Of a DNA stretch of 64,000 nt, positions 21,108 to 29,871 are shown in pieces; the stretch's first letter is position 1; each line of letters opens with the position of its first letter. The position numbers and the translations under genes are program-made. Origin of the DNA: Epithemia pelagica (lineage: Eukaryota > Protista > Bacillariophyta); NCBI GenBank assembly GCA_946965045.2, contig OX337228.1, positions 1,302,001 through 1,366,000 on the forward strand, in the 5' to 3' direction. The notes under the pieces were generated by a model. That model was not told where the DNA came from and searched no databases. It saw nothing but the letters and a program-made list of their open reading frames with translations.

Positions 21108-24100
21108 ATGGACAAAGAGGATTCTAATATGGGCTTTACTGGCCAAAAGGGCGTCTCTCCGGAGACGACCCAACGGACGAAGGGCGGCATCAAGTCGACT
21201 CTGGATCCTTTCTTCTTCCGCTGCTACGTTGACGCTAACGCAGCAGCGAGAGCACAGGACCGAATGAACCCAACGGACGAAGCAGAAGACGGTGAAATGG
21301 GCATCCAAAGCCAGATGCGCCAAAAAGCCACCACTGCTATCAAACGAAAGCAAGAGTACCAATACCGGTGCTACCAGAATAAGGGGCAGAAGAAGATGAC
21401 TGGCAAAGTCTCTGACAATGCGCTCGACTGTGATGCAAAGGCCTTCGACCCTTCGAGGGACTGCATCATGTGCTACACCAAACTCAATGGGCTAAAACAG
21501 CCGCATCGAGGACACCATGTTCTTTGCCCCCACAATCGAAAGACGAAGGGGCATAAGAACAAAACCACCGTGAAATCCGAAGAGAACGACAAGAAACTTG
21601 CCGCTACGAACGAAAAGCCCTTCACGGGGACTTTTTTTAACATATCGACCGCAGAACCGAGCGTACGTGAGTACGCCCAGCAAATGGTGGCTCCTCAGAG
21701 AACCAACCATACAAATCTTCACGACGCAGTGCGAGATGCAATGGCCGACCCGGACTTTGTCTCTTCCTCAACCGAGAAGAAGAATGGGGTTCCCCTACCA
21801 ATAATGGCAGTTACCCGCCATTTATTGAACCACAAGGAACAGAATTGGTTCACACCACAGACACTGGAATTCCAGATTCCGGTCGTCCGTTATGGACAGC
21901 CAATTGACCCTCATTATCATTCGATTGAGGGTCAGAGGATTTACAATGTTTGCTGGGAAGACCAATTCCCTGGCATTGTCATCCCCTGTCCAGATTGCGA
22001 TAATGGGACATTGCGCCGAGACCGCAGCAACTTCTCAAAGAATAAGAAGTTGTTTCCCATTTTTAACGTCAATGGTCCCCCCGACTGGGCCATTGTTATG
22101 TCGTACAAATGTTCAAAATGCCCAATGCGATATGATGGGAACTCTGCCAAAGTTCTCATGACCCTTCCGATTCATGTTCGGTCGGCTTATCCGGTCGAAC
22201 CGAAGTTCGCCGACAATGGCATGATGTTCCATCTTGACCGGGCATGCAGTCATGTACTCGAAGAGAACATGCTGACATATGGTAACGCCGACAAATTGTC
22301 GCGCTCCATTTATGCTGGCATCACCAACACTCATCTCCGGCGATTCACAGAATATCTGTCGGAATGGAAGAGTCTCATTGGTGTAAGTGACGCCCCTTTG
22401 GGCGTCCCTTTGTATCCGGAGTTAGCGGGCGAATATCTCCCCACCTTCCCACCATCAGGAGATTCGCTCCGTGATTTATTTGACCGTGCTTCGACTTCCA
22501 CGGCCAACAACTATGGCGTTTCGGACAAAGATCGTTGTATCAGGGAGATACAATCCGTCACGACCTCCAGTATGTTCGCCCAGGATCATACTATGGAGGT
22601 CGCCAAGAATTATAAAAAATCCCTTGGAATCAAGGCCGTTTGGGATTCGGCGACAGAGACTGGAGAGATTGCCTCAGCCGTTTGTGTCGAGGACACAAAG
22701 ACAAAGTCTTTTGCTCATGCCGCTGAATGTTTAGCCCGTCGAAAGGGTTTCAACCCCGTTTCCATGTATAGCGATACATGGCCAAAGAAGTGTGAGTTCT
22801 GGAAACTCCTCTTTGGAGATACCTTTGAGGGTCGTCTTGGACTCTACCATTTCCAACAGCGCATCATCAAAACAATGCGCCAGGGACATCGCCATTACCA
22901 CAAGGCTCTTAATGAGCTCTTGGAATGCGTGTATGGTTTCGAGCCGGACTCGTACAATGCCTTGCTCAAGGCATTGAAGGCGGGTCAAATGGGACGGTCT
23001 GGTCCTCTTTCCCCTGCTGAAATATTGGAGATGCAGTCGGGACCGGAGTTCCGCCGCAAGTACTCCAAGTTCCTTATGAAGCAGATACATCCTCCGGATG
23101 TGATCGCTCATAACTTGCAGAGGTGGATGGACCAGTATAAGGGCGATACTGATCCAAGTACTGGTAAGAAGCTGTTCACTGTCGACACGAAGACCGCCGT
23201 GACCGAACAGATGAAGAACGCAGTCCACATCCAGGATGCCCTGCCTTTACACGAAACTTATCGTGTAATCAAACCAACACCTTCCACAAAACACGAGTGC
23301 AACGAATATATCGCGTTACGATGTGAGTCCAAGGTCGAGCAGTACCATGACCAGTTGGCCCACTTCGCTAATTGCGGAATGAGGGCGGATCTGTGTGATA
23401 CATTGAATCTGGTGGGCACTGCCCGTTACAACACCAAGATTCGTCACAAGATCCGTATGGCGGAGGAGTCGAGTGTTTCTCGCCCCAATGTTCCTTCAGG
23501 ATGGAAGAACCATCCCGAGTTTTTCAATCATAGTGACTTGACTTTCGCCAATGGATTGGCTGAATCCATTGGTTATCCGGTGTCACCCTTCGACTATGCT
23601 CGTCCTTTCCCCGAAGACAACGGTGAGCGTTTCTTCGCCCAGTACTTGTCGGAGCAACTCCAGAGAGAAGCCGAAGTGGAGACAAGTCCTTTGTCTGATC
23701 GTTGTTATTGTCGGGTGTGTGGGCATAATCCAACGCCGTTGCCACACGAGTTACGATCGGGTAGGGCGTCCGTTCCTCCAACGGCCTCGCCTTCGCAGCT
23801 ATCGTGCTCACTTCCACCTTCTATGGAATGTGATGGTGTCGAGGTGGACACGATCAGCACCAATCGCATTGAATTGGACACTTCGGCAGAGATTGCAACC
23901 ATCGTGCCAACCCAACAAGAACCCAAAACACAGGATACTATTGGCAATCCTTTCGAAGAGCCCGTTTGTATCGATGTCCTGAGTGCACCGTCGATTTTTT
24001 CTCAAGCATTCAAACAGACGCCTGCGAAAAAGTCTGTGGCCTCCAAGCATCGTGTCTCCGATGCTTCGGGTATTCCCTCATCGGTAAAGATCACCAATCC

Positions 24101-24383
24101 TTATAAGGTAAAATATACTCCTCCTGAGGGTGTCAGGAAAGCAATTGAAATGTCGGGCACTCGAGAGAGTCCCATTGAGATTTGCTCACAGGCATCTGCG
24201 TCGTCGTGGTCGTGGAGAGACATCGCTCGTACCAAACGCCCCAAGGCACAACAACAAATTTGCTGTCAAGCTTTTTTAGAATGGGTGAGACGCCCTAATC
24301 GGAACGGACGCCCACCTCATCTTCTTGGTTGTCCCAATCGCAGAATTAACAATGGGACCCAAAGTTCGGAAGAGTCCATGTAA
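21108..24383 (+). CDS. DDE-type transposase-like protein (DUF6729-like Cys domain plus RNase-H-like core), 1091 aa from ATG 21108
   Basis: CPDC...YKCSKC...LPIHVRSAYP, then candidate triad QDHT (D 22584), YSDTWP (D 22773), SKVEQYH (E 23337). RLGLYHFQQRI sits at the (C/D)xxH position. Additional Cys/His clusters at both ends. Family assignment is from recalled motif similarity. Confidence 0.75.
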   Translation: MDKEDSNMGFTGQKGVSPETTQRTKGGIKSTLDPFFFRCYVDANAAARAQDRMNPTDEAEDGEMGIQSQMRQKATTAIKRKQEYQYRCYQNKGQKKMTGKVSDNALDCDAKAFDPSRDCIMCYTKLNGLKQPHRGHHVLCPHNRKTKGHKNKTTVKSEENDKKLAATNEKPFTGTFFNISTAEPSVREYAQQMVAPQRTNHTNLHDAVRDAMADPDFVSSSTEKKNGVPLPIMAVTRHLLNHKEQNWFTPQTLEFQIPVVRYGQPIDPHYHSIEGQRIYNVCWEDQFPGIVIPCPDCDNGTLRRDRSNFSKNKKLFPIFNVNGPPDWAIVMSYKCSKCPMRYDGNSAKVLMTLPIHVRSAYPVEPKFADNGMMFHLDRACSHVLEENMLTYGNADKLSRSIYAGITNTHLRRFTEYLSEWKSLIGVSDAPLGVPLYPELAGEYLPTFPPSGDSLRDLFDRASTSTANNYGVSDKDRCIREIQSVTTSSMFAQDHTMEVAKNYKKSLGIKAVWDSATETGEIASAVCVEDTKTKSFAHAAECLARRKGFNPVSMYSDTWPKKCEFWKLLFGDTFEGRLGLYHFQQRIIKTMRQGHRHYHKALNELLECVYGFEPDSYNALLKALKAGQMGRSGPLSPAEILEMQSGPEFRRKYSKFLMKQIHPPDVIAHNLQRWMDQYKGDTDPSTGKKLFTVDTKTAVTEQMKNAVHIQDALPLHETYRVIKPTPSTKHECNEYIALRCESKVEQYHDQLAHFANCGMRADLCDTLNLVGTARYNTKIRHKIRMAEESSVSRPNVPSGWKNHPEFFNHSDLTFANGLAESIGYPVSPFDYARPFPEDNGERFFAQYLSEQLQREAEVETSPLSDRCYCRVCGHNPTPLPHELRSGRASVPPTASPSQLSCSLPPSMECDGVEVDTISTNRIELDTSAEIATIVPTQQEPKTQDTIGNPFEEPVCIDVLSAPSIFSQAFKQTPAKKSVASKHRVSDASGIPSSVKITNPYKVKYTPPEGVRKAIEMSGTRESPIEICSQASASSWSWRDIARTKRPKAQQQICCQAFLEWVRRPNRNGRPPHLLGCPNRRINNGTQSSEESM

Positions 24384-24465
24384 GTACATGGCCCTTCTTC
24401 GTTCAGAGTCCACGAGAGAACGTGGCCCTGCCTTCTTCATCGGAGTCCATGTGATTACATGGCCC
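24372..24465 (+). repeat. Three 23-bp hairpin repeats GAGT-CCAYG(T)-loop-(A)CRTGG-CCC
   Basis: 24372 gagtccatgtaagtacatggccc; 24406 gagtccacgagagaacgtggccc; 24443 gagtccatgtgattacatggccc. Confidence 0.85.
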
Positions 24466-24714
24466 CTCTAAATCAACACTTCGTCAGAGTCTTCTTTAGT
24501 TTCCATCGTCAGTAATATAATAAGCACATGAAAAATTTCAAGTCCTATCAGAGATATCGACTGTGTTGAAACAGCAATATTAGTATCGAGGATTTACAGA
24601 GTAATTCCAAGTAGTAGGTTTACCCCACTCGTATCTTCTTCCCCATTTGTAGAGTGGCATGACAAATACCACTCCAATAACAAATTGGAGTAGGATAGGG
24701 TTTTTCGTCGTTCT

Positions 24715-26142
24715 TCAACGGCGAGACGCATGGACATGGTGTGAATTCGGGTTGAGGGCGGCGTTTGCCATTTCCCTGCGTCGTTGTTCTTCTTTTTGTA
24801 GGAGTTTTGTGACATAGTCCTTGTTGGGGACAATGGCAAAATGCCTGATGCCCTTTCGGACACGGAGCGTTTGTCCCTTCTGTAGAACAACTTCACCTCG
24901 GCTGATGTTGATAACCGTGGGTTTGGGAGGGGTCGGTTTCGCTTCCGCTTCCGGTGCTGGAGAAGGAATGGTAGGAATCATATCCTCGTCGGTCTGTTCC
25001 GGTCCTTCTGCTTCCGGAGGAGGTCCAACCTTTCCCTTAGAGTCGGGAGACTCGGCAAGAGTAGCTTCAGATGAACCGGAGGGCTTGTTTGTCCCTTGTT
25101 CAAGCTTCTCTAAGATCGAGCTCGTACTCGACACCAATCCAGCGACAGCCTCTTCGAGGCGCCGAGTGGTGTCTTCCGTTTTGATGCTCGATTCCAAATG
25201 GGCAGTGTTGATGTCCAAGACACTGTTCTCTAGACTCGTGACAGCCTGTTCGAGGCGCCTTGTCGTCTCTTCCAATTTGGATCGGCTGTGTTTGTGACGA
25301 ACACGATCGCCTTTCTCGTTCACGATTTCCATGTAACCCAGATTCAAAAAGTTCTGCTGGGTTGCTTCCATCGTGTACTTCTCTTTGGCAACGTAGATCC
25401 ATGATCCACAAACAGCAAAGCCTTTGTATTTGGCATCGCCTTTGCTCGGGAAGACAACCACCACTGGAGTGGGGATGCTGTAATCGCTCAAGTTAAACTT
25501 GGCTTCTTCGATTTTCTGAAAATTGTACAAAGGCTTGATCAACGACGTAATGCGGTTGTTCATAGCCATTGCTAGCGTCTCGTCTTCTTTCAACGGCACC
25601 TTGTTGGCCTGAGCAATCAGGCTGAACCCGTATAGATCCGCGCCAGGAGTCGTTTGACCCAGCGGGAACCATACATTCTCGTCAATGGCATTTGCCAATG
25701 CGATCGCCGCGGAAGCCGTAACGTTTTCGTTCATAAAATTATTGACTTTGGTCCGATGGCGGGGGAGGTAGTTGGACAAAGCGAGAGTCTTGTCCTCGAA
25801 TATAGGACAGTCATCTTCGACTTCGTCGTCGTCTTCCTCTTCATCCGACTCATCCTTTTTCAAGGCGGCCGTTTTTGAGGAGTCCCCCTTCTTTTTGGGA
25901 GGTTTGTCGATTGGTACGACTGAGTTTTCATCATCGAATTCATTCTCCTCTTCCTCCTCCGAATCCACAGGCGCTTTCGTCCTGGATTTCTTTTTTGGGA
26001 TAGGAGTCGAGATCGAAAAGTTGTCATCGTCCTCTTGTTCCCGTTTTTTGGGACGAGATTCAGATTTCACAGCAGCGGTTGCTGCCGTGGATGTTGTTGA
26101 GGCCGCCTTTGGAGGCGCCTTGGGTCGACGGTCCCGGGCCAT
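24715..26142 (-). CDS. Hypothetical 475-aa protein (basic/acidic N-terminus, central globular part, duplicated coiled coil); putative transposon accessory protein
   Basis: Intronless ATG ORF convergent on the transposase. Internal repeat EETTRRLEQAV / EDTTRRLEEAV. NLS-like RPKKR and PKKKSR. Confidence 0.75.
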   Translation of the reverse strand: MARDRRPKAPPKAASTTSTAATAAVKSESRPKKREQEDDDNFSISTPIPKKKSRTKAPVDSEEEEENEFDDENSVVPIDKPPKKKGDSSKTAALKKDESDEEEDDDEVEDDCPIFEDKTLALSNYLPRHRTKVNNFMNENVTASAAIALANAIDENVWFPLGQTTPGADLYGFSLIAQANKVPLKEDETLAMAMNNRITSLIKPLYNFQKIEEAKFNLSDYSIPTPVVVVFPSKGDAKYKGFAVCGSWIYVAKEKYTMEATQQNFLNLGYMEIVNEKGDRVRHKHSRSKLEETTRRLEQAVTSLENSVLDINTAHLESSIKTEDTTRRLEEAVAGLVSSTSSILEKLEQGTNKPSGSSEATLAESPDSKGKVGPPPEAEGPEQTDEDMIPTIPSPAPEAEAKPTPPKPTVINISRGEVVLQKGQTLRVRKGIRHFAIVPNKDYVTKLLQKEEQRRREMANAALNPNSHHVHASRR

Positions 26143-26160
26143 GGTTAATGGCCGGACTTT

Positions 26161-26352
26161 GGTTTCGGGTCCGTTAAAACGGCCTTACTGAAAAAATGAA
26201 TTCGGGTCCGTTTTGGGAACGGCCTTACTGTTCGATTTGGTTTCGGGTCCGTTTTGGGAACGGCCTTACTTTTCGATTTGGTTTCGGGTCCGTTTTGGGA
26301 ACGGCCTTACTCTTCGATTTGGTTTCGGGTCCGTTTTGGGAACGGCCTTACT
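26161..26352 (+). repeat. About five tandem 41-bp repeats, each with a CCGTT/AACGG hairpin
   Basis: Unit GGTTTCGGGTCCGTTTTGGGAACGGCCTTACTNTTCGATTT at 26239 and 26280, a truncated copy at 26321, and degenerate copies at 26161 and about 26200. Confidence 0.92.
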
Positions 26353-27185
26353 GCACTCCACTTTTCCTGTAAACATGGAAGAAAGCAAAGGTTAGTTACT
26401 GTTGTCATCACATCCATCGGCGAGGGAAACACTTACTTTCTTTGCCGCTGTGGCTTTCGGCTTGTTGTTGTTGTTGGTGATGACAACGGTATGACAACGC
26501 AATGGCAACGCTATGGTGGTGGGAACGCTATGGTGGTGGGAACGGATGGAGTGATGATGGTGTTGTGTCTTCGGTGTAATCACTGGTTTTTGTTACCGAA
26601 TTATGAGAAATGAAATGTGGATGGTGAGATGTCCACGGTCTTTGGTACTACTGTTTGTGTTATACTGAGAATCAAGCGATTTTCCGGTACAAATTTCACG
26701 TAGCCATGTACATACGTGATTCCTGTGTAGAAAGCTTGGTACTGCGGATCTGTCTGTTTCTGTCGCTCATTTTTTTATGGCAAGATTTGATTGGGTAGTT
26801 AGAAAGTTCGAATTATGCCCAGTCCCCCAACCGCGGGGGATTTGTCATTCCTCATTTAACTCCCTCCACGAAAAATGATCACTATAGAAATTAGTGTACT
26901 CAAGATATACCAAGACTAAAAAGTGGCGACGGTTATATCGGTTTCCCGTTAGGAAGTGGAATCCCTCATCCTATGGCAAGTCCTTCCTTTCCCCTTCCCT
27001 TTCCCCCTTCGCCTGCCTGGGCCCCCCCCAAAGTCGGGGGGAGGAGTACTCCTAGATGAGCCATCATGTGTTGAGAAGATGGTCAAAAAGCTGGTCGGAA
27101 GTGGTCATGGTTGGTCGATTTGACAATGGTCGTCGTCATTGGCTACTCGTAGCTAGATGCGGCCACGGCCGTCTTTGTCTGATTT

Positions 27186-27634
27186 TGTCTCATTATCCGA
27201 CTAACTCCATACCAGACTGTGTAGGTAGTTCGTCTCACATTTTTATACTACAGTAGGAATTTTTTGTACGACCGGGAAGTAGTTTCGTGCGAGTCGCGCG
27301 GTTTCCCCCTCGTGTGTGACACTTGTGTGACACTTTGTGACATGGCTTCCAGGAATTTCTCACTACCTACACAGCTTGATAGGGAGTAAGTTTACTACTT
27401 CCCTGTGTCTGGCCGTCCTCTCGCGTCGGGCGCGCCCGGCTTGTCGGGAGAATGACTCGACGGGCAATTGTCTTGTCGGGCGTACGCCCTCCTCGTCATT
27501 CTACCCTCCGCGCCGGGCGGTCCCTCCTTGAAAGGACTCAACACCGGGAAGTATTAATACTACTTGTACTGCTGATGATGAGAGTGTCTGCGTGCGTGTG
27601 GATGGTTTCGTTTCTTATTATTTTAAGCGCGACA
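27186..27634. mobile_element. Putative solo LTR of a related copia family (449 bp)
   Basis: TGTC...GCGACA ends; flanks GATTT/GGTTT (4/5 TSD). Shares exact TGGCTTCCAGGAATT and CACAGCTTGAT motifs, in order, with the LTR at 39838-39882. Confidence 0.5.
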
Positions 27635-27836
27635 GGTTTGTGAGCATGATTGGGACTCTGTTGTATAGATCATGTGTAGATATGACAATCATGTATTCTC
27701 GTTTCTTGTCCTTGTCGATCGTAATTGTGATCCATGAGTAACTGTTGTGCGTTTGTTTAGTTGGTTTTGATAGCTTAGCTACAATCATGGGCTTGTTTTC
27801 GTGAGTTTTGATCTGTGGGTTGATCAAGCGGACTTC

Positions 27837-28964
27837 TTATTTCTTTTTTGGCAACTGCAACAGTTGATCCAAGGCCAACCCACCAACAGCAATGATTTTG
27901 CTCATCCAAACTGCTGAGGATTGTCCCCGTTGCGCTGCTTGCTGAGTCAACAGTACAAAGTACAGGGCCAAGACGACATTGATGGTATAAGTGGTCGCCA
28001 ATCCTAGTTGTAAGGCCTGTCGCCATTCAGATGGTAAGTTTGTCAAGGGAAATCCAGGATATTGAACCGTGGCCATGAGTAACAGCGTCAAAGCCCCAAT
28101 GGCATGTCCCACCTGCAAGGGTCCACTCGGAAAAATACCCAAAAACACCGCACTGCCTTCTCCCAACAAGGCACTGACCGTCCCGTACGCCTCAGGTTCA
28201 AAAAAGGATTCGTCCGCATCGGCAAAAGGCTGACGTTCCAACAAATCCCGAAAGGCTTTCGCATCGCTTCTTTGAATCTTTTTCTGCTTCTGGGAAGCCG
28301 CTTGTTGTTCTTCTTGCAATTTTTGCTGTTCTTGCTGTTGCTTTTGTTGCAAGACATTGGCAATGTCGGGTAAGGGTATGGCATCTTGAGATTCCTCCAC
28401 AATAAGATTGGCTGTATCATCCTCATTTTCTTGCTGTGCTTGTTGTTCCAATTTGGCAATACCTTGCAACAAGGCTTGATCCTGTGCGGAAAGCGCCGAC
28501 GTCGATGACGTTGATGTGGTGGGTGAAGGAGTCACAGTCGTACTAGTTTCGTCCACCAAAGAGGATGCGTCGTTGGCTTCTCCTCCTGTTACTTCTAGTT
28601 GTTGAGGTGCTGTTTCTGCTGCTGGTGCGACAGTCTCGGCCGAAGTCGAAGGCAATGGCTGCTTGCGTTTTCGTTTGCGTTTTGGGGAAGAGCTGCTACC
28701 ACCACCTTTCTTGGCCTGCAACACCACCACAGGAGTTGCTCGGTCCAACACCAATTGTGGCATCGTAGAAAATGCATTCGGAGAGATGCGATGAATCTTC
28801 TTTACCAACACCGGACTAAAAGCTTCCACAACCACTTTGCTTGTTCCTTCAAGTCTTCCAGTCCATGTTAGAACCACTATAACTGCTGCAAGGACGAAGG
28901 AAAGAGAGAACCAGCGTGACGATGTTGCTAAAAGTTGTTCTTCCTGTCGACGAGTAGTAGCCAT
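27837..28964 (-). CDS. Probable plastid-targeted membrane protein
   Basis: ATG 28964. Hydrophobic signal then EA-FSP transit-like motif, Q/E-rich linker, and three to four C-terminal TM helices (GHAIGALTLLLMATVQYPGFP; GLATTYTINVVLALYFV). Confidence 0.75.
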   Translation of the reverse strand: MATTRRQEEQLLATSSRWFSLSFVLAAVIVVLTWTGRLEGTSKVVVEAFSPVLVKKIHRISPNAFSTMPQLVLDRATPVVVLQAKKGGGSSSSPKRKRKRKQPLPSTSAETVAPAAETAPQQLEVTGGEANDASSLVDETSTTVTPSPTTSTSSTSALSAQDQALLQGIAKLEQQAQQENEDDTANLIVEESQDAIPLPDIANVLQQKQQQEQQKLQEEQQAASQKQKKIQRSDAKAFRDLLERQPFADADESFFEPEAYGTVSALLGEGSAVFLGIFPSGPLQVGHAIGALTLLLMATVQYPGFPLTNLPSEWRQALQLGLATTYTINVVLALYFVLLTQQAAQRGQSSAVWMSKIIAVGGLALDQLLQLPKKK

Positions 28965-29871
28965 GGTTTTCCCAAGACTCGTTGGTGGTATTTTCCTTCT
29001 CGTTGGTGATATTTTTCCTTCTGTTGCTTTGTGGTTCAAGCAGTGAGTGTTCTTGATCTGATTCAACTCTCCCTGATGGGGATATAGGGTATTGGATACG
29101 GATATATTGGATATTGGATGCAGCATCAGCATCTCGCCACACTGACGTGTGAACGAGCGCAGTCGCGGATACGCAAACCCCGGGACTGCACTGATCTACC
29201 ACCTCTTCTGGGGACCAGGGGAAGAGCTTATTTCAAGCATCGTAGGGAGAGCATCAATGTTACGATCGAGTCTATGGAAGGAAAATGAATGAATACTACT
29301 GTAATGATGACACATCAAGGAGAAACACCGCGGTCAACCTGAAAATGGATGAAAGAATGAGTGGTGCCGCAAGAATCATCATTCTTGGATGAGCGTACAA
29401 CATGGGAAACAAACAAAAAAGCCGAGGACCCGAACGGTAGTTCTCGCACAGTTTGCAGATGAAATGATATTCGACGTACTCTTATTTATATCATGTCTCA
29501 CGGTTTTCCTTAAGCTTTTGGTGGTGTTTGTAAAAGCAGACTTTTCTGAGCGACAGGTGAGTAGGGCGTATAGTGTATCATTGCTTGTCCCATCGATTGC
29601 CATGCCAGGACGATATCGGCAGGTAGTTGTGGAGGTTATTGGGACAGGTGTTTGATTCACGGCGCAGGAGTTTTTCTACATCAACTGCGGAAGTCTGGCT
29701 TCTGGACGGCAATCACTTTATTTGTCGTCGGTGGGCTATAACATCCATGGTATGGGTCTTCCCGTTGCTTTGATCTGGAATAGATCCTCGATAACCTAGT
29801 CCGCTGGCCACTTGGTTTCCAAAGTATTAATGCTCGTCGTGTTGTATACTGTTCCTGTTCCTTTTCTCTCC

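Larger units (their letters stand above)
20770..27050. mobile_element. Putative two-ORF DNA transposon (boundaries approximate, no TIR/TSD identified)
   Basis: Two intronless convergent ORFs lacking the host's poly-Q/N/T tracts, two hairpin-repeat arrays, and G-rich (20765-20785) and C-rich (26990-27030) flanks. Confidence 0.45.

Noticed and set aside
26161-26352. CRISPR array
   Set aside because: The units are contiguous with no unique spacers, there are no cas genes, and the context is eukaryotic.
20765-27030. G-run and C-run as TIRs of the DDE element
   Set aside because: Only homopolymer complementarity; no alignable sequence or matching TSD.
27020-27056. Helitron 3' end (hairpin plus CTAG)
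   Set aside because: CTAG is followed by A not T, there is no Rep/helicase ORF, and CTAG is common in this genome.
27396-27553. SRP RNA, RNase P/MRP RNA, hammerhead or HDV-like ribozyme
   Set aside because: No SRP helix-8 motif, no P4 CR-I/CR-V pair and no CUGANGA/GAAA core. TCCTCGT (L3-like) lacks a flanking P3 helix.
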